Of a stretch of 64,000 nt of DNA, positions 27,770-41,043 are shown piece by piece (the stretch's first letter is position 1; every line of letters starts with the position of its first letter). Position numbers and translations under genes: made by a program. The stretch spans positions 50,656,001 through 50,720,000 of the forward strand of contig NC_045697.1 in NCBI RefSeq assembly GCF_009834535.1, written 5' to 3'. The DNA comes from Camelus ferus. Its lineage: Eukaryota. The notes beneath the pieces were generated by a model. It did no database searches. It saw nothing but the letters and a program-made list of their open reading frames with translations, and had not been told where the DNA came from.

Positions 27770-28062
27770 TTGAGAGACCAGAAGGGGGAGCTCTCACACA
27801 CTGTGACAAAATCAGAGCTTAACAAGAAGAAAGTCTCCTTTCCTGGCAAGAACCCAGGCAATGAAAAGCCATGGGCTCTTTGTTTACTCCAGCTCTCCTA
27901 ACTGTCTTTCCCCTCTATAAAACTTTTCTCCTTCCCTTGCCATGTGGGGACCTGCACGTGGCTCACCACGTTTGCAGACCCCAAACTGCAGTTCTCTGCT
28001 GATCCGGAATAAACCCATCTTTGCTGGAGAAATATCTGGTAGTCTGTTTGTTTCAGATCAAA
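27770..28062 (+). mobile_element. Short solo ERV LTR
   Basis: Internal TATA (ctctataaaac ~27915) and AATAAA (~28009). Absent from the paralogous position upstream of GRO-B. Confidence 0.6.
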
Positions 28063-28719
28063 AATATTAAACCGAAAGACATTTATTAAGCATATACAAT
28101 ATACAAGAGATTGTGGTCAGTTTTGCAAAAGACACATAGTGAACAGAGCTGAACCATGAAGTTCTTCTTCACTGCCTAATGTGCATGCTTTCTTCTGCAA
28201 CATAGCTAGTCTTTCCTTCTATTCCTGTGGTAAAGACATCCTGATGAAGTTAAAATCTATAATCATTTAAATTCATTTCAATTAACTCTGATTACCATCA
28301 AATATATTAAATTTGGGCATTATGTGAAGGCTTTTAAAAGGATAGATTTCAATATAAACTTTGTATTTCCATTTGCTTAAGATTGTTTTTAAACATTTGC
28401 AGAAGTAATTAAATTGCATTACATATAATATAAGCCAAAGAAATATAGAAATGCCAAAGTTACCAAAAAATATGTCAAGAAATAGAGACAGAAAATGAGG
28501 AAATGTTTATGTGAAAGTATTTTTAATCACACTTGGTTCTGATGGGCATGAAAACAGCATGATGACCCTGTTCTGAAGCTTCCTGTATTATAGAAACAAA
28601 ATTTAGGAAGTTGCAAAATGAGTTATAAACCACAGCAAATATATCATGTACAGTGATATGTTACATATTTCAGCTAGGAAAGTTACAGTCATCATAAAAA
28701 TCTTGATGATCTGAGCATA

Positions 28720-30245
28720 TCCTCTATAATCATTCAACATTCTGAAATCTGTTGATACATTCTTTATGGCTCATATATGATCTCTTTCAGAAAATGTTCT
28801 CTGTGTGTTGGAAAAACAAATGTGATTTACGCAGCTGTTACGTGAAGCTTCCCTGTACATTTTGTTCAGGCCAAACTGGTTGGTCATGTTGCTTAACTCT
28901 TCTATACTGTTACTGATTCTTTACTGCTTTGTCTATTAAGTATTAAAAAAAGTTTACTAGAATCTTCAACTATGACTATGGTTTCATCTGTTGCTCCTTT
29001 TAGTTTCTCTATATTTTGCATTTGATATTTTGACAAGTTTATTAAGTTTTTTATTATTAAGCTCATAACATTTTGTAATTATTTTTGTTTCTTGTAAAAT
29101 TGCCACCCTTTTATTTTAAATCAGCCTTTTTTATCTCTATTTCTTTTCTTAAATCCTAATATATTAATTTGGTCTTAATTAGTATATCAATCACTAACCA
29201 AAACATCAATCATTTATATTAAAAATAGATTGATTATTATTAATAATAATTAATATATCAATATATCCATGCCAGGTTTCTTTCTTTTGACTTTTGCAAG
29301 ATATGACACTTTGAATTCTTTTGATTTCAAGCAATCTGGGTCCTAATTTTTAATGTGTGTCTCTTTAAAGCACCACAGATTTTTTTGGTCTTAATTATAC
29401 AGTCTGATAATCTTTGACTATTAATTGGAGGGTTTATTTCATTTAAATTTACAGTAATTCTTAATATAGTTGGGTTTAAGTCTACTATCTTATTACTCTA
29501 CTTGTCCTATCTTATTGAAAATAAACTTTTAATTTAGAATAATTTTAGATTTAAAAAAATTTGCATAGATAGTATAAAGAGTTCCTGTGGATCTTTTGCC
29601 CAGTATCTCCTAATGTTGACACTTTACATAATTATGGAACATTTGTCAAAACTAAGAAATTAACATTGGTACATTGCTATTAGCTACATTTCAGCCTTCA
29701 TTCAGATCTCACCAGTTTCCAGGAATGTCCTTTTTCTATTGCTGGATCCAACCCAAGACACCACAATGCATTTAGACTTCATGTCTTCCTCTGTCTCCTC
29801 TGACCTGTAGCAGATTCTCAGCCTTGTCTTGTTTTTGATCACTTCAACAGTTTTGAAGGATATTCATTTGGTGTTTTGTAGAATATTCCTCAGTTTGGAA
29901 TTTTATGATCACTTTCTCTTGATTACACTGGGATTATGGGTTTGGGGTAAGAATATCTTGGAGTTGAAGCACACTTCTCATCACACCACATGAGGAGTCC
30001 ATGATATTCACATGATGTAACTGCTGATAATAACCTTGATCACTTCATTCAGGGGGTATCTACCAGAATCTCCTCTGTAAGGTTATTATTTTTCCTTTTT
30101 CCTTGTGTATTCTATGGAAGTAAGTTACAAAGTCCAGCCCACGCTCATGTGGGGAAGGAAATTAAACCCCACCTTCAGAAGGAGAGACACTCTACTTATA
30201 TCACTAGGCATTCTTCTGAAAAGAAGATTCATCCCATCTCTCCCT
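28720..30245 (-). mobile_element. Old antisense L1 fragments (L1M-type, including a 3' end at ~29510-30245)
   Basis: T-rich sequence with L1MB-like 3' landmarks (aattttagatt...atttgtcaaaactaagaaattaacattggtaca). Confidence 0.65.
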
Positions 30246-30919
30246 GTGCTACCTGTTGTTCCCCTTAATCCTTAATTCAGGTATTTTCATTCATTTTATC
30301 TTCTTCTCAGCTTTTTAAATCCAAAATTTTACATTTCCTTTTTAGTGGCTGCCCTAAAAATTACTGCGTTCTTGCCACATAACAATTTTCCTTAATAATT
30401 TCTCCTACAATTGGAGAAATGTATTGTTTTCAAGTCTGTTTATCTCCCTACCTATCCTTTGTGTTATTTTTTGTCATATTTTACTGTACATTATTACAAT
30501 TTTTTTAAATAGCACAGATCGTTTGAGTTCTTAGGACGAATCCACTTATCTATGTTTCACACCCAGCTTCATTAAAAGGAAAAGAATTGCATAGTTGTTC
30601 GAAAAACCACTTACCAAACCAGTTTAATAGGAGCCCTTGTTGAAATATTTATAAAAATTCAACAGTTTATGAAGCATTAATTTTGAATAAGAAGTTGGTC
30701 AGTGTGGGGAAAAAAGCAATATTTTATATAAATTTAGAATTCTCAAGGCAGTTGGGAAGGATAGTGTGTCAAATCTTACTTCTTAAGCGAAAAATAAGGA
30801 AAGTAACAGCCAGGAACAGGCATAAATTTAGGCACAAACCGAGTCTAACTGTGCAATCCCTTGGGCACCCAATAGAACTAAAAATCAAGAAGAATAAAAC
30901 AAAACCTACTCATTTTTTT

Positions 30920-31556
30920 TTTTTTGCAAAACTTTTATTTTCACGTCATTTAAAAAATGTAACAACAGTTTTAACTTCTCTGTTCCAAAACAAAGAGAAA
31001 CATTGTGTAATGAACATTAAACAAGGCATTATGCCCTACAAGCAAGACATAAAATGTCCAAGGGAAACTTCAACATAAAAATGTTGACATAATATGAAAT
31101 AACTTCAGTATAACAACCGACATTCTTTTAAACAAGTACAAAAATAGATGTGCACACACTTTCCTTGATTCTAATAGTGATCTCACTGTCCAATTGCTTG
31201 GACCTCCCTCTCCCACCCACCCCCTGTACCTCTATGACAGTGCTTGGCACTTTATGGTCTCCCAATAAATACAAGTTTGAGACATTTAAAACCAATGATC
31301 TTCATATTAAATAACAATCAGGACTGAATTATGTTTCATTAAACACCTTCACATCTTTAAATATTAACATGTAAAATATTAAAATAAGAGCTTTGAAAAA
31401 TAAATAAATGTATAAATAAATAGAATACATAAAAAATAGCCCAGCATGTCTAGTCCTTTCTAGAAGCCAGCTGTTCTCTTCTACATCTTCAGTTCCTGTA
31501 AGAGGAGAGAGCCTTTTCAGCACCTGCCGCCAATGAGCTTCTTACTTCTCTCTGGG
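30920..31556 (-). other. GRO-B 3'UTR with AU-rich elements and poly(A) signal
   Basis: UAUUUAU repeats at ~31398-31425. AATAAA at 30939-30934. Confidence 0.82.
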
Positions 31557-31572
31557 TCAGTTGGTGCTGCTC
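31557..31572 (-). CDS. GRO-B exon 4 coding part (K-SSTN-stop)
   Basis: Acceptor gcatcacag|G AGC AGC ACC AAC TGA. Confidence 0.87.
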
Positions 31573-32155
31573 CTGTGATGCAAAAAGGGTTAGTGTTACA
31601 GGTGCTCAGGAGAACTGCCCTTCTCTTGCACTGGCCCCTGAGGCTAGAGAGACTTCCGCTTGTAGACCCGGGACCAGCCCTGCACTTGGAAAATGTACTG
31701 ATCAAAAGGATTACAAAAAATTTCACAGGTGTCCTGGCCTTGAACTCAGGGAGCTTTCACTGCACAGTCCCTGCTCTTACCACTAAGATTTAGAGGCCGG
31801 TGTTGTCCAAAACTAAGGGTTCTACTTTTCTGATCTGAAGCCCATGGGAGACTGAGGTAGACAATGTTTGTTCCTTAATGGGTTGAAAGCATTTTAGCAT
31901 CACTGGCTAAATCGATTTAATCATTTAGGAACATACATTTACCCGTACTCATTTGAATGAGGAGGGGGATGAGGATGGAGGGCACTGGAAATATCCTTCT
32001 AACACCACAGCAGATCGAATTGAATGGTGAAATAATAATGATTTTCAGTCCTGCAGCTAAACCGTGGGTTTCCTTAATATACTTTTCAGAAGGCAGATAC
32101 TTGTATTTGTAACCAATGGTTCTAGCTCCAATTGTGAATAAAAACCAAAACTTAC

Positions 32156-32239
32156 TTATTTAGCATCTTACTGATGATTTTCTTAACCATGGGGGCTGCG
32201 GGGTTGAGACAAGCTTCCTGGCCATTCTTGAGAGTGGCT
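32156..32239 (-). CDS. GRO-B exon 3
   Basis: 84 nt, [28 protein letters not shown], cag| and |gtaagt. Confidence 0.92.
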
Positions 32240-32348
32240 CTGCAGAGAGAGGGGAGAATCCACGTGAGGCCGGAGGTCGGGCTGGGGGTCAGGGTGGGGG
32301 GATAGGGAGGGTAGCTGTGACAAGGACCGCAGCAGCGGCGGCACTTAC

Positions 32349-32472
32349 ATGACTTCCGTTTGGCCACAGTGGGGTCCCGGGGGTGTCACATTCAAGCTCT
32401 GGATGTTCTTGAAGTGAATTCCCTGCACTGTCTGCAAGCAGTGGCAGCGCAGTTCGGCAACCACGGGCGCCC
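32349..32472 (-). CDS. GRO-B exon 2 (ELR, CXC)
   Basis: 124 nt, [41 protein letters not shown] in the chemokine frame. Canonical splice sites. Confidence 0.92.
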
Positions 32473-32567
32473 CTGCGGAGAGAGCAGACTCGGTTAGGGG
32501 GCCGTCCGGGGATGGGCGGCCACCTACCCACCCTCCCGCCCCGGCGATGCCGGGCGCCGCGTCTCAC

Positions 32568-32659
32568 CTGCTGCGCGCCGGCCGGCTGGCCACCAGGAGC
32601 AGGAGCAGCAGCGCGGCGCGGAGGAGCCGGGGGGCGGCGGGGGTCGCGGTGCGGGCCAT
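32568..32659 (-). CDS. GRO-B (second GRO-family gene, CXCL3/CXCL1-like) exon 1; 92 nt, carrying a +1 insertion at 32587 relative to GRO-A (frameshift as assembled)
   Basis: Identical to GRO-A exon 1 except plus-strand gccggcTggcc versus gccggcggcc. Donor |gtgaga at 32567. Confidence 0.88.
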
Positions 32660-32740
32660 GGGGCTCAGCTCGGAGGGTCTCAGTCTGCGGCGGTTGAGCT
32701 GGCGGATCGGATTCTGTGACTCCCCGAGGCGGTCGAACCT

Positions 32741-32890
32741 CTTTTATCCTGTGGGATAGGAGCTGACAGCCCGGGGCAGGGAAATTCCCGGACGCACGGA
32801 TCGTTCTCGGATCGGGAAGGAAGACAGCCGCCCCGTCGCGGGGGGAGAGCGCTGGGGCACGGGCCCGCCCGCCCCACTCCCGCCTAATCC
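32741..32890 (-). promoter_or_regulatory. GRO-B proximal promoter: GATAAAA TATA variant, canonical NF-kB site GGGAATTTCC (32789-32780), GC boxes
   Basis: Motifs read directly; CpG island ~32260-33020. Confidence 0.82.
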
Positions 32891-34196
32891 GCGGACCCGG
32901 GGGTGACGTCTTTGTGCCAAATCCGCACGCAGGCAGTGAGTTGCTGCCAAGTTGGGGCTACCGCCTTAGAGGAGCCTGTAAGCAGCCGATCACCCCTGGT
33001 TTCCGGGCGGGGAGTGTCACGGCCTTTTAGACCAGTGTAGGTACCGCACCACAACTTTAAGAGGGAAGAGTTACTTTTGCCTAAAACACTTCTGTTTTGG
33101 GGATTGGAAGAGTTTAGGCGGGAATGGCAGCCTCTTTTGTCTATCTTCCTCTTTAATTTGGTTTTTTTCAGATTTTATTTATCACTGGAATATACGCAGG
33201 CTTTAAAAATTCATCTGTTTATGTGTAAGAACGTTTGGACAAACTACTCCTAATGCCTTAGGATCTCAAATAAATCACGTTCAGTGCTGCTGTTTTTCCA
33301 CGTGGGCCCTGGGGGTAGGGTGTGGAAAGACCATTGCACAGGTTAATTCAGTGTTTATTTTAGGATACAGTGTTGTAATCTCTTATCTTTCCTCTCTGAA
33401 ATTCTGGAACTTAAATTCTAGTAATTCCAGGAGCACCACTTTTTGTTGTATAGGGTTGTTTTCATTTGTGACAGTTACTTTTGGCTATAAGAAGCCCTGC
33501 TGAGCTCAGGAGATCCCTTCACCTTTTTCTAGACCTGTCAGTGAATAGAGAAGATCATAAACATCAGAAAGTACCTAGGGATTCCCGATTTTATTATAAG
33601 CAGCAAACAGATACATTTTTCGAAATATGTATGCCCTAAATTACTAGTATATTTCGTCCTTGTCCTACAAGTTTGCCTCTTTCCTGGGATTGATTCTGTC
33701 TTGAGAATCAACTCTCAATGTGCTTTAGCTATTTAAAATGTCAGTAAAGCATTTCAAATTCTTTATGGGTAAGGCTTTCTCACTGGATAATTCACTTTTC
33801 ACTATTGGCTTCAATAACCCTTTCTGGATTAAACTGTAGATCTTTTAAGCTGATCCTCAAGGATAGATGAGGACCCCTGGGGATGTGTGAGATACTGTGT
33901 GGGTGGGGTGAGAAGGGGACCTGAGGGAGTGGGTCTGCCTTAGGAACAGAGAGAGCTTGTCAGGCTGTCAGAGCTGAAATCTCAGCTGCACACTGCCTTG
34001 CCACATGACCTTGGGGCCAAGGGCAATTTATTTAATCTCTCTCTGCTTTTGCTTTTCCTCGGTAAAAGAGAGCTAATAATAGTGCCTGCCTCACAGGGTG
34101 GTTATGAACATTAAATGTGTTAACACTTGTAGAACATACTAAGTGCTATATAAATATCTGTTAAATAAACAAAATAGAAGTATTTTACAGCCTTAC

Positions 34197-34562
34197 TGTT
34201 ATGGACTCCCCAAAATTCATATGTTGAAGCCCTGTATCCCATTGTGGTGATATAATGAGGTGGGACCTTTTGGGGGTAATTAGGTTTATAGGAGGTCATC
34301 AGGGTGGGGTCCTCATGATGGGATTAGTGCCTTTATAAGAAAAAGCACTCTGAGAAGCTTATTCTCTCCCTGTCTCTGCAGTGTGAGGATACAGCATCAG
34401 GGTGACTATCTGCCAACCAGGAAGAGAATTCTCACTGAATGCTGAATCTGTAGACACTCTGATCTTGCTTCCCAGCCTCCACAACTGGAGGATATAAATG
34501 TTTGTCGTTTAAGTCACACAGTGTATTGTATTTTGTTATAGCAGCCTGAATTGATTATGATA
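34197..34562 (+). mobile_element. MaLR LTR (MLT1A-type)
   Basis: tgttatggac...aaattcatatgttgaagccc...ttttgttatagcagcc. 5-bp TSD CTTAC at 34192-34196 and 34563-34567. Confidence 0.85.
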
Positions 34563-36219
34563 CTTACATAAACAGCAACAATCTACATTAAACCCTTATG
34601 TAAATAGGAAAAATGTATATTTTTTAAAGAAACATCTCAATTTATCTTTAAAAATTTTCAGCGTTAGAAATTTGGAAAGGAAGATGCGTCTGTATTCTTT
34701 GAGAATCCTGGAATAGATTTTTCAAATCTGTTGTTTGAAATTTCACTTTCTATCAATTCCCATATAAAATAGGAATGAGTAAAATGCTCCCCAATGCATT
34801 TGTGGGAAAATATTTGAGAAAAGACTCTCTCTCTGCCTTGGGCATTAACAGCTAGCTACCCAAACAATAAAAAATATTAGCTGTGATGATTCCCAGACCC
34901 AACCCAAAATACTGACTTGAGTAAACACTCAGGAAGAGTAGAATTTCAACTTATTTACAGTAGCAGCCAAAAAGATGAGATACATCAAGAATCAACTCAT
35001 TATCTGCAGAATTATCTATAACTTGACTCCTAGAACTTGTTAAATTAAAATCATTTGCTTTCAGGAAGGAAGTAGAAAGGTGGGTTTTTTTTTTCTTTTA
35101 TAATATACCACTTTCCATTATTTAATTCATGACAGCCCTAAACTAAGTTTCAGAAAATTTTAAGAACACCAGTGTTACAAAGTCCTTTATGATAAGCAAA
35201 TTGCTTTTTGTTTTAACATGTCCTGAACACCGCTTTTATATGCACAAGCTGTAAACCAATGTGATCACTAGCCGAATGATGTTATCTAAGTAGAAGCTTA
35301 GTTTACTAAATTCCATCTTCCTTGTAATTTTTTAATTTCATCCTTCATATTTGACTAATACAGTGTAATATGCTTGCAAAATCTAGGGTAGCTGTTCTGA
35401 GCAGAGCACAGATCTTGCGACTTGGCCAACAAGAATGAGGGTGTGACTCTGCTTTATCCGGACTTGCTTTAGGAGCTTTGCTGACATAATTGCCACTGCC
35501 GTCCCTCCCACTTCCTAACAGCTGTAGTTTGTTGTCTGACGGTTCTAACACTGAAGGGAGAAAATAAAGATGACTGAACATGTCGCTAGATCCCAAGATC
35601 TCCCACCCCTCTGTCTAAGGGCACTCAGTTGAGCATCAGTGTTAACCTCCCCTACCAGGTTACATCTGCTGTTTTGTCTGCCACCCACCCTTCTCTTCCT
35701 CCTTCTTAAAACAGAACTCTGGTTTTCCTTTGGAAATCCTCACCCCTGCCCTTATCAATCCGTGTGATTAAGGTGAGATGATTTCAATTCTGAGCTCAAG
35801 ACAAGGAGTTTGTGACCCTACGGTGGTGTTTCTCCCTCCTTCCCACCTGTGCCCTTGCCCAGGCCAATGTGGGTTCACAGTGGAGCCAAAGAGTTAAGAT
35901 TGGCCGATGAGACAATGCCAGTTGTGCAGCAGGCTCTTGCTTCTCGCTGGGATTGCTAAGTGCAAAGATGAAAACCTGGAGTCTTGCCACCATTTGGGGG
36001 AGCCTATCCAAGAGTGGACTGTTACAGAGGAAAGCGCAGACAAGATTTTTGGGAATGTTGTTTGAGCACCTGTGTCTACCTTTGTTCTACCTAACCCATT
36101 GACTTTTATTGTTATATAGCAATAAAGCCTCTTCTCTTATTAAGTCAGTTTGAGTTGTGATTCCATCACTCACAGGAAAAGAGTCCTGAAAAATACCTTT
36201 CATCTTTCATATTGCTTCT

Positions 36220-36230
36220 TTTTGTGTGTA

Positions 36231-36280
<50 letters not shown>

Positions 36281-36321
36281 TAGTCAGTTTACAATGTGTC
36301 AATTTCTGTACAGCATAATGC
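36220..36321 (-). mobile_element. Very short L1 3'-end insertion whose tail became a (TA)n microsatellite
   Basis: 14-bp TSD ttcatattgcttct at 36206-36219 and 36322-36335. (TA)n at ~36234-36273. Confidence 0.72.
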
Positions 36322-39300
36322 TTCATATTGCTTCTAAAGTTATCTTTCCAACAGATCAATTTCTTTACTATTTAAATCTTTCCTTCCCTTTTTTTCTCCA
36401 TCTATTTATTTTTAAATTAGAGTTTATGAGTTAGAATCACGTTAGGTTCAAAGGACACAAAAAACGTATGAGATGCTTTCCACTACCACCAAACTTTCAG
36501 TCTAACAGGAGAAGCAGACACTTACAGGAAATTATAAAGCAGGTGGATAAATCCCATGAAGTGTAAGCCCAGGATATGATAGGAGCACAGAAGTGGGATT
36601 CCTAGGCTTGTTTCTCAAGGGGTGGGCCAAACTCTCAGAGAAGAACTTCAGGAAAGTTTCTCTGGGGGGAAGGTAACTCTTGAGTTGAATCTTAAAAGAC
36701 GGATGAGATTTTTCCAGGTGAACTGGGAGATCAAAGGATGGGGGAAACCCTCCAGAAGATGACTGAATCAACAAAGGCATCAAGGCTGGAATGAGCATCT
36801 ACTGGAAGCAACCAGCAATTCACATATCTGGAGCTTAGAGGTAGAGAGAAGGGAGAGATGGAGCTGGGAGAGGGAGGCAGGACCTAGTCACTGAAGGCTG
36901 TTGGTCAGAAACCAGTTCAGATGTTACCTTCACTGGAATGCTCTTAAATGCATCTCAAGGTGTTTCCATGACCTATGTGGACAAATTCACTACTAACTGG
37001 TGTGTGGGGAGGTCAGTAAATAAAAGGCCCAGGATAGAACAGAAAATGAAGAGATAGTGGATCTCAATTCAATAGACCTTTACTAACCACTCACTATGTA
37101 TAAAGGGCTAGGACAGAATTTATGAGATGCAAAATTGGATAAACTCTTAACTTGATGTTCTTTAATATCTATCCAATATATTCCTCTCCAACTTCTGTTG
37201 TTACTGTATTTATAGTGAAGATTTGGATTATTTAAGCAATTTGCAGTGATTTAAATCATTTCAAGTTATACTAAGTATTATTCCAAAATATTGGCTTTGG
37301 GCGGTTTTTAAAGGATTTTTAAAAATTGCTCCATATTAGGTTTTCATCTCTATTTTCTCAAAATTGTTTCCTAAATGTTTAGGAAATAGTCCTGATTAAG
37401 TAAATGTTATCATGATCATATAATGTAACACGAAGAAATAGTGGTATGACAAGTTTAAAAAAGGGAAGTCAACACAGGGAAAGGAGGAAACTTCTCCATG
37501 GAAATACATCCTTTTTGTTATAAGAGGATGTTTCTGGAGAATAAAAACATCATGATGACTTTGGCTTATGAAAGCAAAATTTAGGAAGTCAATATATGAG
37601 TGTACTAACTACAAATAAAAATATCACACACATGGTGTTACAATGTGGGTTTTGACAAGAAGATTTATGAATAAAGAATCAAAAACTTGATTTTTGAATG
37701 TTGTCCATCTTTTTTTTACTACACCTCCACGTATTTATTTATCAGACATACTTCTAGTTTTGTTTTCACTCTTCTTGACTCTGTCCATCGGTACATGCAT
37801 TTTTAAAATAGAGACACACAGAGCGTTTGTCGCAAGTGATTGAAATGTCATCAGACTAACATGAGCAAAATAAAAGCTCTGCGTGAGGGCATGGAGGTGA
37901 TATTTAGCATTTATTTGGCACTTACAGAAGGCCAGGAAGGAAGTCAATAGATGTCGAGGGCAGGAAATAGCCACAGCTATTACTTGGGGCTGGAATTGAG
38001 AAATAGAAAATTAGAAATAGAACTTACTCTCTGTTTTTCCTGTACCACGTGATTCTCCTTACAGCTTTTCTCATTTAACTGCTTCATTTTTTGTCCAATC
38101 TGCATCCCACTAGCTAACAGTGAACAGGAACAATTTTACTTCTTTTAGGTCTTGAAAATGGTCTTCATAGGATTATTAAGAAAATCAGGTAAGTTCACAT
38201 TCGTAAAATGTGCTTGAAAGTAAATGCTGTATGTAAAATATTGTGAAATAAAGAAAAAATAATAAAACAATACAATACTTAAAGAATAGCTTTTAAAAGT
38301 AAAAGGAAATAGGTCATGCATGAATTTTTCCTTCTACAGTTGAGGTTAAGTAATCAGTTTTATTGACTGCGTGTATTTAGTACATGGGGTAAGAGTGAGG
38401 TAATTATTCCTCAATATGAAGGAAGTATAAGGCAGAAAACAGAGAAGGCCCAGAGGGATTTTGGGGATAAAAGGAAGTGAGTTTAGGGATCATCACAGTA
38501 AAGTAAGAGGACAGAACATGTACTGAGTCGTCAGGGCTGGATGTTTGAGGGAAGGGGCGAGGGTTTGGGACAACAGTTTCTGAAAGTCCGAAGGTAGTTT
38601 ATCTTAATGAACAAAAGGACTGTAAATTATCAGGAAAAGGACACCTATGACTAGAAAGCATTGAAATGACCTGATACCAATTCACATGACTTCATTTCTT
38701 CAGCAATATTTTGTAGCTCAAGGACAAAAACAGAGAAAGACAGTGAGAGCGAGCAAGAACGTGGGATTAACCTGGTGTGAACTATGAAGACGGTAATTTG
38801 CAGAAATGACTTCTATGCTTAGCTGGAAGGTGCATGAACCTGGATAAGGTGTGATGAACTGAAAAAATGGTGGTAGGGGAGGCTCTTTGATGGGGTTTCA
38901 GGTCCCCGTGGGATGTTGAGCATATTCAGTGTAAGTTTGAGAGGAGAAGAGTTAGAACAAAAAACTCTAGTCTTGGAAGGGCCTTTCAGTGTCTGTAATC
39001 TTGTGGCACTGTTCTGAGGATAATGATGTCAAGGTGAGGTTCTACCTGTGGGTGACTGAGCTAGTGTGTCATTTGAAGGTTCTGAAATAGAGGAGGTTAA
39101 AGAACCGTGAGTTTCAGGTGGGACAAATGGGAGGAAGCTGGAGGAAAAGGGAGGGAGGATGGCTTGGTTATGTAACACATATGATACACTCTGCCTTAAA
39201 TATGTATGTATACAAAGAAATATTACTTTCTGAGCACATTATATATATTGTGTGATTGTGGTTGAAGGGTACAAATGGACAGATGAGGGGAAATGCTGGC

Positions 39301-41012
39301 ACAACCCTGAAGTTCTCAGACATACTTACTTCTAACTGAAACACTGCTGATGGTAGTGACATGGTGGGAGATTATTGTACCTGTAAATTATTGTATGAGG
39401 CAGTAATTAGGTAATTATTGGCGTTACTTTTCTTAATTAATTGTTAGTTGAGTTGCTTATCCTAGCAACCCACCGAAAACATTAACCATTTTTTAGCATC
39501 TACTGTGGTTGACATTTTCTTGGAATGAAGATATACTAAGAGGGATAAAGTTTTCTCTTGCAGAGAAACAGATCGGAAGGACAAAGAAATAATTACAATA
39601 GATTTCAGAGTAAGATCTAATGGAGGTTGGATACGGTGCTTTGGAATTACAGCATAGAAGACACATTAGCCAACACTGTTAATAATTAAGACTTAATAGT
39701 CCTAACTCTGTTTATGCTTGGTGACCACCATTCAGCTTTCATGTTCTGCTGCTCACCATACAAAACTGGACATTAGTACAATCCCTTTGTTGTATCTGAC
39801 ACAGTGAAGAAATAAATAATTGATATGGTTACATAATCTGCTTATTTCTTTTTACTTTTTTTCACTAAGGAGAAAGTTAAAATAGCTTCTCAATTACCAG
39901 ATATACTTTAGAGTCTTATAAACATGGTGGTTGACAGGCTTTACTGGCTTTTTAATTTGATTTTTGGGAAATGCAGTTTATTTTCATTGTGCTAAACTTT
40001 TTCTTTATTGACTGTAACATCCCAGTTTCGTGTTGTGATTCTGCCGAAGAAAAATTCTTGCTTCTCTGTGGTGTCCTTAGCAGGTTCCTTGTTAGCTCAG
40101 GGGCTGTGCCCACTGCTGTTTGGTAAAGAACCAAAGGAAGGGAGGAGAGTAGTATTTGTTACGTCCCAGTTCTGGGTGAGATGCAATGCAGATGAGCTTT
40201 TCATAATATCATTTTAATAATTTCAAGAATGCTATGAAATTGATATCATTATTCTCATTTTTATAGATAAGAAAACTAAGGTAGAGATCTTAAAGGTAGA
40301 GTTAAAGTTCGAATTCAAGACAGTCTCATTCAGAAGCCCATTGGCTCAAAGCCAGTCTTTCTCTGGACAAGAAAAGAAAGATTGGGAAAGACAGACACCA
40401 TGTAAATCTTAAGTCTACTGAGTGCATTTCACCTCTTAAGCTCCTCTAGAAGACAATGCATTAAAAAAAAAACATTGAAATAATGCCACTTTAATTTCAT
40501 CACTCCCTGAGAGTTTGCACAACAGAGAGCTACAGTAAATTATTGTACAACCTGTGCCGTTCCTGCCAGGAACGTCAGCTTCTGATGCTTCTGCAGATAA
40601 GGGTGACAGCTTCACAATGTTCTCATCAGAGTTAATCTAAAATAAAGGTTAACATGGAGCAAAGTTTGTTTTGCTTCTTTGGCCTGTTAGGTCATATTTG
40701 CTAATTATTATATCCAGCTAAGGACATTGTTTGTGGCAGACATCAAAAGGGACATAAAGAAAAAAGCAAAACCATAAGATCTTACCACCTGCACCCCACT
40801 TTCTGATGTGTTCATTCTTCAGAAAATCAATTGAAGTACTTGTATTTCAATTTCAACACTCTTTTTTTCACCACATGATCTTTGCTAAGTGTCTGATTCA
40901 ACCCACCATACTATGACAGCAGAAAGAATATCAATAATAATAATAATTATTAATAATCAGTAACAATTAGTAAAAATATACCATTTAATATTATATAAAA
41001 CAAGGCTGAGAC

Positions 41013-41043
41013 TGTGTGTGTGTGTGTGTGCGTGTGTGTGTGT
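41013..41043 (+). repeat. (TG)n microsatellite
   Basis: Directly visible, with one cg interruption. Confidence 0.93.
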
